Positions 28,532 through 41,133 are shown, numbered from the stretch's first letter. The stretch is DNA of 64,000 nucleotides from Candidatus Parcubacteria bacterium (GCA_003599295.1 QZJK01000006.1:14681-78680); one strand, 5' to 3'. A program made the numbers and translations. Notes: generated by a model from the letters alone, not told the origin.

Positions 28532-29701
28532 TTATACTGCCTTCTTACGAAGTGGGTCTTCCCAGCCGGGGCCTTTACGAGGGACTTGTTTCCACCTGTC
28601 GCGCTCTTCGATTGGTTCGGATCGAGCTTCCACAGGTTTCTCTATACTGGGGGTTTCTTTTCGGCGCACTTTTCCGGAGTCTATTGATACCCATTGTTTG
28701 TCGGGATGCGCCTCCATTTGTTTGAAGAATTGATCTATCGCTGGATACCCCTTGCGAAGTTCTTCTTTGCTCGGAACGCCCTCTTTTGAACCGTACTCCA
28801 ATTGCATTATCTCCAAATAGAATTTTTCATATGCATCACGACTTATAGCAGTTTTATCCTCATTGAACGCATCTTTCCATTTTGGGTCATTATCATCAAG
28901 TGTACGGAACGCAAGCACATCGTACGCTTGTATCTTTTGGGGGTCGTCAGACGCGGGGCGGCAATAGGGAACATCCGGGTCGTTAACAACATGGCAATTT
29001 ACAGAACGTTTCCAGAAATTAATGCGCGCTTCGCAACGACGGACCACATCTTCGGGTTTTTCGTCAGGATATGCATTAGCTTGAATGATACGGGTCGGGT
29101 CCTCAAATTCATACAAAACATGGTTCTTGCCGTGCTGGCGCATTTGCTCATCGCTAATACGCGCGGCCTTAGGATAGATACCCATATTACGATAATCCGA
29201 TAGAAGTCCTGCATAGGGCACGTACATCGCATCCGGAATGTTGGGATTTAGGCGAATGAGCTCAAACCCGATTGGCCTTTCGCCGTCTTGTATCATGTAA
29301 TAGCGCGCTATCTCCGGACTGAAAAAGAAACGGCTCATTGACCTGTTTGAGTCCAAATCAGTTGGGTCGGTGAAAACCGTCTTTACGATGTCCATGGTTT
29401 TCCGGAAGTCTTCCTTCGTCTTAACTTCTGCGGTGGATAGGCCCGCCGGCTCTTTTTGCGGCGCTTCTTGGCGAAAAGGCCGTGTAGGACCGCCGTTTAC
29501 TTTGTCGAGCGCGTCTTGTATCGCTGTCTCATCCTCTATCACTCGGTCACGTTTTTCCGTTGCCTCTAGCCTCGCCGCCTCATCAGTCGCCGCCTTTTCT
29601 TCAGGGGTTATCGAGGTTATCTCGGCCGCGCGAGGCTTTTCAGGAGTTGGAAGAGAGTGTATGCGCTCTTTTTTAGCATCTGGTTTCTCAAAATCAGACA
29701 T
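28532..29701 (-). CDS. GNAT-like protein with disordered acidic N-terminus
   Basis: YAGLLSDYRNMGIY motif A, RINFWKR and PYCRP resemble the second domain of 26585..28105. Confidence 0.7.
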   Translation of the reverse strand: MSDFEKPDAKKERIHSLPTPEKPRAAEITSITPEEKAATDEAARLEATEKRDRVIEDETAIQDALDKVNGGPTRPFRQEAPQKEPAGLSTAEVKTKEDFRKTMDIVKTVFTDPTDLDSNRSMSRFFFSPEIARYYMIQDGERPIGFELIRLNPNIPDAMYVPYAGLLSDYRNMGIYPKAARISDEQMRQHGKNHVLYEFEDPTRIIQANAYPDEKPEDVVRRCEARINFWKRSVNCHVVNDPDVPYCRPASDDPQKIQAYDVLAFRTLDDNDPKWKDAFNEDKTAISRDAYEKFYLEIMQLEYGSKEGVPSKEELRKGYPAIDQFFKQMEAHPDKQWVSIDSGKVRRKETPSIEKPVEARSEPIEERDRWKQVPRKGPGWEDPLRKKAV

Positions 29702-29801
29702 AAGAAGTATCTTGTCATTCTAACGCATTTGTATCGAACAATGCATTGAAAGTGTATAAAAACGATGCTAGTATAGCGCTATAAATAGCATTAATTATTA
29801 A

Positions 29802-30162
<361 letters not shown>

Positions 30163-30182
30163 CCGAGAACGGTTCATATAGC

Positions 30183-30632
30183 ATGTCAGACCTACTCGCA
30201 GTCTTCGGCGTCAACTGGAAACTCCTCCTCGTGCAGGCGTTCAATTTCGGGTTTCTCTTGGTGCTCCTCTGGTATTTTTTGTATACGCCGGTACTGCGCC
30301 TCATCGATGAGCGGCGCAAGAAGATATCCGAAGGGGTGAAGAATGCGGAAGACGCGGCGAAAGCACTCGCGGCTTCAGCGGGAGAGGGGAAGGAGATAAT
30401 CGGCAAAGCCTCGCGCGAGGCGGAGGGAATCGTTGCGAGTGCGCGGACGCGCGCCGACAACAAAAAGTCGGAACTTCTGCGAGAAGCGGAATCACAGGCG
30501 AACGCGCTTCTTGCGGATGCTACTGCCCGAGCCGAAGAAACGAAACGGCAAGCTTTGAAGCAGAGCGAAAAGGAAATAGCGCAGGCCGCGATGCTTGCGG
30601 CTGAAAAAATACTGCGCGGCAAGTCCGCCTAA
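30183..30632 (+). CDS. atpF: ATP synthase Fo subunit b
   Basis: N-terminal TM (QAFNF..LY.P), Ala-rich coiled coil, operon position. Confidence 0.93.
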   Translation: MSDLLAVFGVNWKLLLVQAFNFGFLLVLLWYFLYTPVLRLIDERRKKISEGVKNAEDAAKALAASAGEGKEIIGKASREAEGIVASARTRADNKKSELLREAESQANALLADATARAEETKRQALKQSEKEIAQAAMLAAEKILRGKSA

Positions 30633-30674
30633 AATTATGACGCGATGCGACCTTAAAATAATTAAACGAGTCAG

Positions 30675-30767
30675 GTTGTGTGCTTTTCGGAGTGTCTCGC
30701 AGTGCGACGGCGCGAGAGGCAGCGCTGCCGCAGCAGCGGCAGACAGCGACTCCGAAAAGCACACAAC
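30675..30767. repeat. Long-stem element with 19-bp perfect inverted repeat between atpF and atpH
   Basis: GTTGTGTGCTTTTCGGAGT / ACTCCGAAAAGCACACAAC; AAACGAGT direct repeats at 30664 and 30768. Confidence 0.75.
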
Positions 30768-30781
30768 AAACGAGTAACCCT

Positions 30782-31168
30782 ATGTTAGAGAATGCATACG
30801 CAGAAGCGCTCCAGAAAGTAGCAAGGAGCGGGAAAGAACCGAAAGCAGTCGTGTCTTCGCTCCACGAAGCGCTCGCACGGCGCGGCAGGCAGGCACTTCT
30901 TCCGCGGATAGCACGCGCATTCGCACGGATAGCTGAGAGAGACCTTTCGAGAAACGCACTCGTGTTGAGCGTCGCAGGTGCCGAAGCGAAAGCGAGAAAA
31001 GAGACCAAACAAGTTCTAGATGCGATGCATGTCGATATGAAAGACGTCGAAGTTCGCGAGGACGATACGTTGATAGGAGGATGGCGCCTCGAAGGGCGGG
31101 AACATTTGTATGATGCGAGTTTTAAGAAACACCTGCTCTCCATTTATAATCGAACTATCAAATCGTAA
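30782..31168 (+). CDS. atpH: ATP synthase F1 subunit delta (short form)
   Basis: YAEAL, DDTLIGG...YDAS; operon position. Confidence 0.85.
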   Translation: MLENAYAEALQKVARSGKEPKAVVSSLHEALARRGRQALLPRIARAFARIAERDLSRNALVLSVAGAEAKARKETKQVLDAMHVDMKDVEVREDDTLIGGWRLEGREHLYDASFKKHLLSIYNRTIKS

Positions 31169-31174
31169 AACACT

Positions 31175-32746
31175 ATGGATAATTCCACCGTCGAAAAAAT
31201 CCTCAAAGAGATAGAGCGATTCGAACCGAAAGGGAATGTCGAGCATGTCGGACGCGTCGTTTCCGTCGGCGATGGAGTTGTCGCAATAGACGGTCTTTCA
31301 AAGGCCGTGATGAGCGAGATAGTCGAATTTGAAGAAACGAAGGGCAAGTCGCTTAAAAAATCATTCGATGCCGAAGGCGCGCTCTATGGATTAGTGCTGA
31401 ATCTTGAAGAAGACGGCGTCCGTGCGACTATCCTCGGCGATACCGCGCGTGTTTCGGAGGGAATGACCGTAAAATCCACCGGACGCATTCTCTCGGTGCC
31501 CTCTGGCGATGAACTTCTCGGGCGCGTGGTGAACGCGCTCGGAGAGCCCGTCGATGGAAAAGGCCCCTTCAAAAAGGCGACCATGATGCCGGTCGAGCGC
31601 GAATCGTACGGCGTCATCGATAGAAAGGGCGTATCCGTGCCGCTCGCGACAGGCATCAAAGCGATAGATGCGATGATACCGATAGGTCGCGGACAGCGCG
31701 AACTTATCATCGGCGACCGCGCGACGGGAAAGACTACGGTCGCGATAGACACCATCATCAACCAAAAGAACGAACCGGAAGAAAAGCGGCCTATCTGCAT
31801 CTATGTCGCTATCGGCCAGAAGGAATCGAAAACCGCGCGCATCGTTCAGCAGTTGAAGGATGTTGACGCATTCTCATACACGATAGTCGTTGATGCGCCC
31901 GCTTCCGCGCCGGCGGCGCTACAATTTCTTGCGCCTTTCTCCGGAGTCGCTATCGGCGAGTATTTCATGGACAAGGGGAGAGACGTGCTCATCATTTATG
32001 ACGACCTTTCGAAACAGGCGGTCGCGTACCGCGAACTCTCGCTTCTGCTCCGACGTCCGCCGGGCCGCGAAGCGTATCCGGGCGACATCTTCTATTTACA
32101 CTCGCGCCTCCTCGAACGAGCGGCGTGCCTTTCCGACGCAAAAGGCGGCGGCTCTATCACGGCGCTTCCAATTATCGAGACGCAGGAAGGCGATGTATCC
32201 GGTTATATTCCAACCAACGTTATTTCCATCACCGACGGTCAGATATTCCTCATCGCGGACCTCTTCAACAAGGGCATTCGTCCCGCGATAGACGTCGGTA
32301 TCTCGGTGTCCCGCGTCGGAAGTGCGGCACAGACCAAGGCCATGAAAAGCGTTGCCGGCGGCATCAAGCTCGAACTGGCGCAGTTCCGCGAACTTGAAGC
32401 GTTCATGCAGTTCGCTTCCGACCTCGACAAAGAAACGGCAGACCGCATCGAATCGGGCCGCAGAATGGTGGAAGTGTTGAAACAGAAGAACGGCGAGCCG
32501 ATACCCGTGGAGAGGCAGGTCGCTGCCATTTATGCCGCGAACCAGAAATTCTTTAAGGACGTTCCCGTGAATAAAGTGACAGTCGTTGAACGCGCGTTCG
32601 TTGATTTTCTCGACGCGAATTTCGCCGCAACACTCGCTGACATTAAAAAGACAGGCGCGCTTTCTGACGACGCAAAGAAAAAACTCGGCAAGGGAATGGA
32701 AGATTTCCGCGTCGCACATTCGGAATACTTTAGCCTCGCAAAATAG
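31175..32746 (+). CDS. atpA: ATP synthase F1 subunit alpha
   Basis: [29 protein letters not shown]. Confidence 0.98.
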   Translation: MDNSTVEKILKEIERFEPKGNVEHVGRVVSVGDGVVAIDGLSKAVMSEIVEFEETKGKSLKKSFDAEGALYGLVLNLEEDGVRATILGDTARVSEGMTVKSTGRILSVPSGDELLGRVVNALGEPVDGKGPFKKATMMPVERESYGVIDRKGVSVPLATGIKAIDAMIPIGRGQRELIIGDRATGKTTVAIDTIINQKNEPEEKRPICIYVAIGQKESKTARIVQQLKDVDAFSYTIVVDAPASAPAALQFLAPFSGVAIGEYFMDKGRDVLIIYDDLSKQAVAYRELSLLLRRPPGREAYPGDIFYLHSRLLERAACLSDAKGGGSITALPIIETQEGDVSGYIPTNVISITDGQIFLIADLFNKGIRPAIDVGISVSRVGSAAQTKAMKSVAGGIKLELAQFRELEAFMQFASDLDKETADRIESGRRMVEVLKQKNGEPIPVERQVAAIYAANQKFFKDVPVNKVTVVERAFVDFLDANFAATLADIKKTGALSDDAKKKLGKGMEDFRVAHSEYFSLAK

Positions 32747-32758
32747 GTGATTTTGCGT

Positions 32759-33666
32759 ATGGCCAATCTTAAGTCCATAAAGTCAAAAATACTCTCCTAT
32801 AAAAAGACCGGAACGGTCACGCACGCCATGGAGGCGGTCTCGGCCGTGAAAATGCGGAAAGGCCAGGAACGCGCGCTTTCGGGCCGCGCGTATGCCGCCG
32901 CAGCGCTCTCCGTCATGGAACGCCTCTCCGGCACGGCCGATCTTTCGCGTCATTCACTGATGCAGGAGAGGGAAGGAAAAATCGCGCTCATCGTCATCAC
33001 GAGCGACAAGGGACTTGCCGGCTCCTTGAATAGCGGCGTCGTTCGCAAAGCGGAGCGCGAAGCAGGAATTTCCAAAGACAAGACGATCGTATTCGCTATC
33101 GGCAGACGGGGCGGGGAATACTTTTCTTCGCGCGGGTACGACGTGCGGATGAGGCTGCAAAATGTGAGCGATTCCGTCTCGGAAAGCGATATGCGGGAGG
33201 TCACGGATAAGGTACTCGAATTGCATGAAGCGGGGGAGATAACGAAATGCGCGGTCGTGTATCAGAATTTTATTTCGACGTTTGAGCAGGAGCCGACGGT
33301 ACGGAACATAATCCCCGTACGACCCGAAGCGATGAGAAAAGTAGTGGAAGGCATCCGCCCCGCCAAAGGAAAGTATGCGCCCCAAAAAGGGGGAGAGAAG
33401 GTGCACGCTCCGGCTTCATACACGGTGGAGCCTGACACCGACAGCGTATTGTCGGTACTTCTTCCGAAACTGATAAACATCGCCGTCTTTCATGCGCTCC
33501 TTGAGAACAAAGCCTCGGAGCATTCAGCCCGCATGGTGGCGATGAAAAGCGCGACCGACAAAGCGAAAGAAATGGCTCACAACCTGACGCGCACGTTCAA
33601 TAAGGTCCGCCAAGCCGCCATCACACGCGAGGTATCCGAAATAACGAGCGGCATCGAGGCGATGAA

Positions 33667-33670
<4 letters not shown>
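32759..33670 (+). CDS. atpG: ATP synthase F1 subunit gamma
   Basis: AMEAVSAVKM, SDKGLAG, SEHSARMVAM, RQAAITREVSEI. Confidence 0.97.
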
Positions 33671-35438
<1,768 letters not shown>

Positions 35439-35440
35439 CT

Positions 35441-35683
35441 ATGAGCGCAACATTCCAATTGGTCGTTTCCTCGGTAGGGGAAACGTATTTCGATGGTCAG
35501 GCGATCTCTGCAACTTTTCCCGGCTCGGCAGGAGAAATGACCGTCCTCGCGCACCACGAGCCTCTCATAACAACCCTCAAGGAGGGAATTGTCACCGTGC
35601 GCACGCTTGAAGGCGTGAAGGAGTTCCCCGTCCGGAACGGCATTCTCGAATGCGCCGACAATCGCGCAGTCGTTCTCCTTTAG
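35441..35683 (+). CDS. atpC: ATP synthase F1 subunit epsilon, N-terminal domain only
   Basis: GEMTVLAHHEPLIT; 80 aa with no C-terminal helices. Confidence 0.9.
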   Translation: MSATFQLVVSSVGETYFDGQAISATFPGSAGEMTVLAHHEPLITTLKEGIVTVRTLEGVKEFPVRNGILECADNRAVVLL

Positions 35684-35748
35684 GAAAAAAGGAAGGTTTT
35701 CAACACATAGCCCGTAAAGCACGGAATTTCAAGCTACAATAAAGCTCA

Positions 35749-37722
35749 ATGCGAGCGCGAATCGTTCTCGTTGCGTGTCTTTTTCTTTTGACCCCTCTAT
35801 TCATCGTGCACGCCGCTGAAGAGGCGGCAAGTACGGAGACAGGAGAACCACAGGCGGTGTCCAGCTGCAGCAAAGATCAGTGTCAGGATGAAGAGGTCAT
35901 CGTATCGCCCAGCGCGAAGCCCCCAGTCTCATGCAAGCCGGGGAGGATAGTTCCGAAGGAGCAATGCAAATGTCAGGTCTCAAACGGAAAATATAGTGGA
36001 GCCGGTGTCGTTACCTGGAAAGATGTCACGGGAAAAACGACGAAGACTATCAGCAAGTGCGAGCCGAACTATGCGAAACGAATGGATCGCGTAAGCGATG
36101 CTCTTCAAAGCGATAATCCGGCAGAAGCCCTCAAGATAGAAGAAGCGCGGAATCTTCTGGAAACGAGTATTGCTGCCGGGGAGCTCCCCAAAGAAATTTC
36201 GGACGCATTTAGCCCCGCACAATTGAACACATTCAACCAGGAGCTAAAAGCGGATCCGCGGAGCGCGGCAGAGAAAATTGGAGCCCTCATGTACGGCGAC
36301 AGTCAAGAGAAGTTAGTGGCAGCGCAATCGCTCGGCATAACAGGAGACCAGCTTGATAGGCTCGGGAAACTTGCGGTGAGACTCACCCCGCCGGACGATA
36401 CGTATGAATCGGCAGTGAATACATTCAAAGGCGCGCTTTCCGGATATCAGCCGCCGGTGGCACAGGTGACCGGCTTTGGAGCCACCGATGGAAATCGCAC
36501 CATTGTTCCGCAAAACCTTGTACTTAATCCGACGGGAACTCCAACAGCTCCGACAGAGCGGAGAATAGTCAACGGCCGCTTGCAGGAAAAAATCGACCCA
36601 CAGGTCCTCGGTACGCTTGCGGCAGACGCTCAGGCGAAAGTCTGCGCCGCCGTCCGCGGAACATGTTATGTAACGACGGAAGCGCAGTTCGGAACAATGA
36701 TGAACGAGACAAGCGGCGATGTCCGGGTGCTTGGAGACGGGGGAAATTCAGCGAGCCTCGCGCAGGCATACGCATCACAATCCGGCTTTGGACAGTATCT
36801 CTCCCGATACAAAGCAGTATTCGGCGAAGACTACGTGTTGCATAAAACAGATATCGGCAACCCTTCCGTCAATCCGGAGTGGATAGCGTCTCAAAGTGTT
36901 CGCATGCAAGCCATCATTCTTCAAGATAAAGCTCAGATAGTTGGCGGCAATTTCGCCCGCCAGGTTACCGCCTACAATGGTAGTGGTCCGGCCGCAGCGG
37001 CATACGGGAGTCGTGCGCTCCAAAACACACAGCTCCTCCAAAGCGGCAACGCGAGGTCGTATTGGCAAGCGGCGTACGATGTGGCCACAGAAGGCGGCGG
37101 ACCCACCATTACGAACCTGACGCCGGTCAATCTCCCAGGATACAGGGGAGGAACCGCGACCTCACCGTTCGCCAACGTGAGCATGTTCAACTCCGGACCG
37201 ACGGGAGTGTCTGGCCCGACCGGCTCTCCGCTCGGTTCTGTATTCCAAAGCGGCGGATCTTCACCGCGTCCTTCCGCACCGTCTTCGGGAGGCGCGCCAT
37301 CTACGCCTATCCAACCTGTACCGGGAGGAGGCACGATTACGCCGGTACCGGGACAAGGAACTGTGTCTGGTCCTTCTCCCGCGCAACAGCTAGAAGATGC
37401 GCTCAAACCGACCGGGGAGACTCCGCAGACGCTCCAACCGGTGCAAGCGGTCGCCACCATCATCGCCCAGCCGTCGGGCATCACGCGAGGAAGATCAGTC
37501 ATCGTTTCCTGGTCATCCGTCGGCATGAGCACGAATGTGCCCTGCACGGTAACGCTCCAAAGCGGCACCACCACATCTGTCGTAGGGCAAGGGAACGAAG
37601 GCACGAGAACTATCGAGACGAGCACGACCTCGGCGTCGGGCACATGGAATTTCGTCCTCAAATGCACAGCAGCCACGAACGGCACAGCAATAGAGCGCAC
37701 AACGTCAGTCCCTGTTGAATAA
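35749..37722 (+). CDS. Large exported protein with lysozyme/SLT-like domain, P/G/S linker and Ig-like C-terminus
   Basis: Signal peptide, Cys-rich N-terminus, NETSG..GDGGNSASLAQ and TAYNGSG, Pro-rich linker, beta-rich WSS..C..FVLKC end. Confidence 0.65.
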   Translation: MRARIVLVACLFLLTPLFIVHAAEEAASTETGEPQAVSSCSKDQCQDEEVIVSPSAKPPVSCKPGRIVPKEQCKCQVSNGKYSGAGVVTWKDVTGKTTKTISKCEPNYAKRMDRVSDALQSDNPAEALKIEEARNLLETSIAAGELPKEISDAFSPAQLNTFNQELKADPRSAAEKIGALMYGDSQEKLVAAQSLGITGDQLDRLGKLAVRLTPPDDTYESAVNTFKGALSGYQPPVAQVTGFGATDGNRTIVPQNLVLNPTGTPTAPTERRIVNGRLQEKIDPQVLGTLAADAQAKVCAAVRGTCYVTTEAQFGTMMNETSGDVRVLGDGGNSASLAQAYASQSGFGQYLSRYKAVFGEDYVLHKTDIGNPSVNPEWIASQSVRMQAIILQDKAQIVGGNFARQVTAYNGSGPAAAAYGSRALQNTQLLQSGNARSYWQAAYDVATEGGGPTITNLTPVNLPGYRGGTATSPFANVSMFNSGPTGVSGPTGSPLGSVFQSGGSSPRPSAPSSGGAPSTPIQPVPGGGTITPVPGQGTVSGPSPAQQLEDALKPTGETPQTLQPVQAVATIIAQPSGITRGRSVIVSWSSVGMSTNVPCTVTLQSGTTTSVVGQGNEGTRTIETSTTSASGTWNFVLKCTAATNGTAIERTTSVPVE

Positions 37723-38018
37723 TGAGCTTTCAAAAGCGCATCGAAGATTTTGTTTGTGAGCATTGTCATGCGGTCATTAAAGGGAGCGGCTACACGAACC
37801 ATTGCCCGAAATGCCTATGGAGCAAGCATGTAGATGTGAGTCCCGGAGACCGAAAAGAAGTGTGCGGCGGCATGATGGCGCCTGTGCGTATTGAAGGGGC
37901 GACTCCCGAATATGTATTAGTGCATCGATGCGAGCGCTGCGGTATAGAACGCCGCAATAAGCTTTCTGATTCGGATGATATGTCCGCAGTCGCGGCAATT
38001 GCCAAACGAAGAGGATAA
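37722..38018 (+). CDS. RNHCP-domain zinc-binding protein
   Basis: FVCEHC, YTNHCPKCLWSKHVD..PGDR, HRCERCG. Confidence 0.9.
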   Translation: MSFQKRIEDFVCEHCHAVIKGSGYTNHCPKCLWSKHVDVSPGDRKEVCGGMMAPVRIEGATPEYVLVHRCERCGIERRNKLSDSDDMSAVAAIAKRRG

Positions 38019-38033
38019 CGCGATACTATCAAT

Positions 38034-38480
38034 ATGATGACCGAAGGAGGCACGTATGTTCCGGCTGGGAATGATTGGGGCAATGTCCCTCATTACTACG
38101 GCGACGTCGTGCGGCAATGTTTCGTCGTTGGTGCGGCATTGATGCTTCTTTCCGCGCCGTTTTACACCGACACGTTGCGCGAGCACTTGCCGTTCCTCTT
38201 GTTCGGCGGCATCGTATTCGTTGCTCTTGCCGCGCTCACCAATCCGCACAATCGGAGCGTTGTTCTTGCCGATGCGGTCGCGGCCGGCGTCGCGGTAGTG
38301 ATATATCAGACATGGGCGCTTTTTGACTATGAATCGAGCACATGGATCGAATTCGGCATTCGCCAGCTTATCGCCCTTATTTTCGTTGCGGCCTTCTATT
38401 TCAGTATGAAGACTCTGCGCGCGATGCTTTTGGGGAAGGTCGGAAAACGCGAGGAGGTCGGAGAATTCGATACCGAGTGA
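38034..38480 (+). CDS. Membrane protein
   Basis: Four TM helices, HYYGDVVR..F, AALTNP. Confidence 0.75.
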   Translation: MMTEGGTYVPAGNDWGNVPHYYGDVVRQCFVVGAALMLLSAPFYTDTLREHLPFLLFGGIVFVALAALTNPHNRSVVLADAVAAGVAVVIYQTWALFDYESSTWIEFGIRQLIALIFVAAFYFSMKTLRAMLLGKVGKREEVGEFDTE

Positions 38481-38485
38481 ATGGC

Positions 38486-39079
38486 ATGGTGAAGAAGAAA
38501 ATATTCATACTTCTGGGCCATCCCGATAAAAGCGGAATGTGCGGAGCGCTCACCGATGCGTATGAGTCGGCGGCGCGCGAGGCGGGTCACGATGTGACCC
38601 GCATGAATATCGGAGAGATGCAGTTCGACCCTGTGCTTCATAAAGGGTATCGAGAGCGTCAGGAATGTGAGCCGGACCTTTTGCGATTTCAAGAACTTGT
38701 GACGACATCGGATCATTTCGTCGTCGTGTATCCGGTGTGGTGGGTCGGGATGCCAGCAATACTCAAAGGCCTTTTTGACCGTGCATGGCTCCCAGGTTCC
38801 GCGTTTCGCTACATTAGAACGAAGACAGGCTCTCGGACGGTTTTTTGGCACCGCCTATTTCGCGGCAAGACCGCGCGCATCATCATGACGAGCGGCACGC
38901 ATCCGCTTATGGTGCGATTCTTGCCGGGCAATGTGAATGCCCAGCTCCGGTGGGGAATTTTATGGTTTGCTGGATTCTCCGTTCGAACGGATTGGTTCGG
39001 CCCCGCGGAAGATGTGCCCGAAAAGAAAAAAGCAAAATGGCTGAAACGAGTGAGTGAGCTTGGAAGAAAGGGAAGATAA
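38486..39079 (+). CDS. Flavodoxin-fold NAD(P)H dehydrogenase (quinone)
   Basis: LGHP, YPVWW..MPAILKG.FDR..PG.AF. Confidence 0.88.
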   Translation: MVKKKIFILLGHPDKSGMCGALTDAYESAAREAGHDVTRMNIGEMQFDPVLHKGYRERQECEPDLLRFQELVTTSDHFVVVYPVWWVGMPAILKGLFDRAWLPGSAFRYIRTKTGSRTVFWHRLFRGKTARIIMTSGTHPLMVRFLPGNVNAQLRWGILWFAGFSVRTDWFGPAEDVPEKKKAKWLKRVSELGRKGR

Positions 39080-39139
39080 AAAATAACGCGGTCGTCGAAC
39101 CATAAGGGTCCGACGACCGTCTTCTGCACGAGACGCGTG

Positions 39140-39298
39140 TCAGCCGCGAATAAAAGCCCATAATTTCCGGAAGAACCGGATTACGGGGTCGCCGATTGCG
39201 GGCAAGCCGAGGAAACCAACGTCGCTCGGTTTGCCGTTAAGGCTGGAAGCGTCGAACGAGTCTCCGCCACCACCAAGGTGGCGATTATGTGCACTCAT
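39140..39298 (-). CDS. Small orphan protein (52 aa)
   Basis: GGAGGT SD upstream, hairpin downstream, amphipathic C-terminus. Confidence 0.45.
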   Translation of the reverse strand: MSAHNRHLGGGGDSFDASSLNGKPSDVGFLGLPAIGDPVIRFFRKLWAFIRG

Positions 39299-39471
39299 TT
39301 TCTCAATACCTCCCGTATGCAATATCGGAGACAGCCTGGCCGCGTCATGTGGCCTCCTCAACTGTCTCCCTACAAGAACCATATATCACGCAATATCAAT
39401 ACGTCAATGACAAGGTGTGGACGTGGTAGGGTGCAATTAGGCAGGGTCACGTGTTTACGAGGAGACACGAG

Positions 39472-39930
39472 ATGTTCACGAAGCATGGGATTTTGACAAT
39501 GCTTCCATTGGCACTGTGGCTTAGCATCGCACACGCCGACGGAATTCCGGAAATCGAGGAGGTTCTCCAACCAGGAGACAGCATAAAGATCTCCGAATAT
39601 TATTGCATACGCGAGGATCTGCTCAGGGGATTTTTCAGGCTTCTTGAGGTATCAGATGAAAAATCCTCGCTCAAGATAATGCACGGAACAGCAGGGCTGG
39701 GAGCGTGCAATTCGAACAAAAGGTTCGACGAGGCCCAGACCATACTTCAAGGGATATTCGTCCGCGCATTCTCCAAACCCATCACCGTACGGCTCGTGAG
39801 GGACTACGTCAGAGCACGTGTTATCGAAGTTCGTTTCGAAGGCCGGCAGATATTCACATACTTGACGGATCTTCAGGTCCGGATACTCGGGACGAGCAAA
39901 GAACTCAACGCGTCCGCGGCCACCAATTGA
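39472..39930 (+). CDS. Exported hypothetical protein
   Basis: GAGGAG SD and signal peptide (AHA-D). Confidence 0.6.
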   Translation: MFTKHGILTMLPLALWLSIAHADGIPEIEEVLQPGDSIKISEYYCIREDLLRGFFRLLEVSDEKSSLKIMHGTAGLGACNSNKRFDEAQTILQGIFVRAFSKPITVRLVRDYVRARVIEVRFEGRQIFTYLTDLQVRILGTSKELNASAATN

Positions 39931-39986
39931 GCCGCGGACGCACACTATTTCGTAGAACTCGTTCGATAGTGTTATAGTGCCCCGTT

Positions 39987-41087
39987 ATGGGCCTTTCTAT
40001 CGGTATTGTAGGACTTCCAAACGTGGGAAAATCCACGCTTTTTAATGCGCTCACACGGAAAGGAGTCTTAATCGCGAATTATCCGTTTGCGACCATCGAC
40101 CCTTCGGTGGGTGTTGTCGCGGTTCCGGATATTCGGCTCGACAGGCTCGCCGAAATGTCGCATTCGGAAAAGAAAATGCCGGCAGCTGTTGAATTCGTGG
40201 ACATCGCGGGGCTTGTGAAAGGTGCTTCGGAAGGGGAGGGGTTGGGAAATCAATTCCTTTCGCACATTCGCGAGGTGGATGCCATTCTGGAAGTAGTGCG
40301 CGTGTTCGACGATGAAGATATTCATCACGTCGCGGGCAATGTAGACCCCCGATACGACATCGAGGTAATCGACCTTGAGCTCGTGGAGGCCGACAAGCAA
40401 TCAGCGGAGAAACGCCTCGAACGCCTTGAAAGAGATGCGAAAGGAGGCGATAAGGCTCTTGTCGCCGAACGGGACGTGCTTCGAAAGCTCGTGCCGGCAT
40501 TGAAAGCGGGAAAAGCCGCGCGGACGGTCTCTCTCAGTGAAACAGAAAAAGAGAACGCGAAAACACTCCACTTACTCACGCTAAAACCGGTCCTCTATGT
40601 ACTGAACAGAAAAAGCGGAGTGGTGAATGTTGATGCGGAAAACAGCGAGAGGTGGCGGGAGCTCAAGGGTTTTCTTGATGCGAACAATGCTCCCTATGTG
40701 ATAGTGGACGCGGGGGTCGAGAACGAGCTCTCCGATGTTCACCAGGATGAAAAAGCAGATTTTCGCCGCGAACTCGGCGTCGCCGAAGACGGCCTCAATG
40801 CGCTCATCAAAGCGGGGTACTCACTTCTCGACCTCATTTCATTCTTTACGACGGGCGAGAAAGAAAGCCGTGCGTGGACCATAAAAAGAGGTTCTACCGC
40901 TCCCGAGGCCGGCGCCGTCATCCACTCGGATTTTCGGGATAAATTCATCCGCGCGGAAGTCATCGAATGGAGCAAGCTCTTGGAGGCCGGTTCATACGCG
41001 GCGGCGCGCAGCAAAGGCCTATTGCGCACGGAGGGCAAAGAATATGTTGTGCAAGATGGCGACGTGATGGAATTTCTGCATAGCTGA
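39987..41087 (+). CDS. ychF: Redox-regulated ATPase YchF
   Basis: GLPNVGKST, NYPFATIDP, DIAGLVKGAS.GEGLGNQFL, TGS domain. Confidence 0.97.
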   Translation: MGLSIGIVGLPNVGKSTLFNALTRKGVLIANYPFATIDPSVGVVAVPDIRLDRLAEMSHSEKKMPAAVEFVDIAGLVKGASEGEGLGNQFLSHIREVDAILEVVRVFDDEDIHHVAGNVDPRYDIEVIDLELVEADKQSAEKRLERLERDAKGGDKALVAERDVLRKLVPALKAGKAARTVSLSETEKENAKTLHLLTLKPVLYVLNRKSGVVNVDAENSERWRELKGFLDANNAPYVIVDAGVENELSDVHQDEKADFRRELGVAEDGLNALIKAGYSLLDLISFFTTGEKESRAWTIKRGSTAPEAGAVIHSDFRDKFIRAEVIEWSKLLEAGSYAAARSKGLLRTEGKEYVVQDGDVMEFLHS

Positions 41088-41103
41088 TGGGATGTGATGC
41101 TTG

Positions 41104-41133
41104 CCCCGTTAGAAGCGAAGCTTTCTAACGGGG
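41104..41133. repeat. CCCCGTTAGAA/TTCTAACGGGG palindrome with GCGAAGC loop
   Basis: 11-bp stem after ychF; may double as a terminator. Confidence 0.7.
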
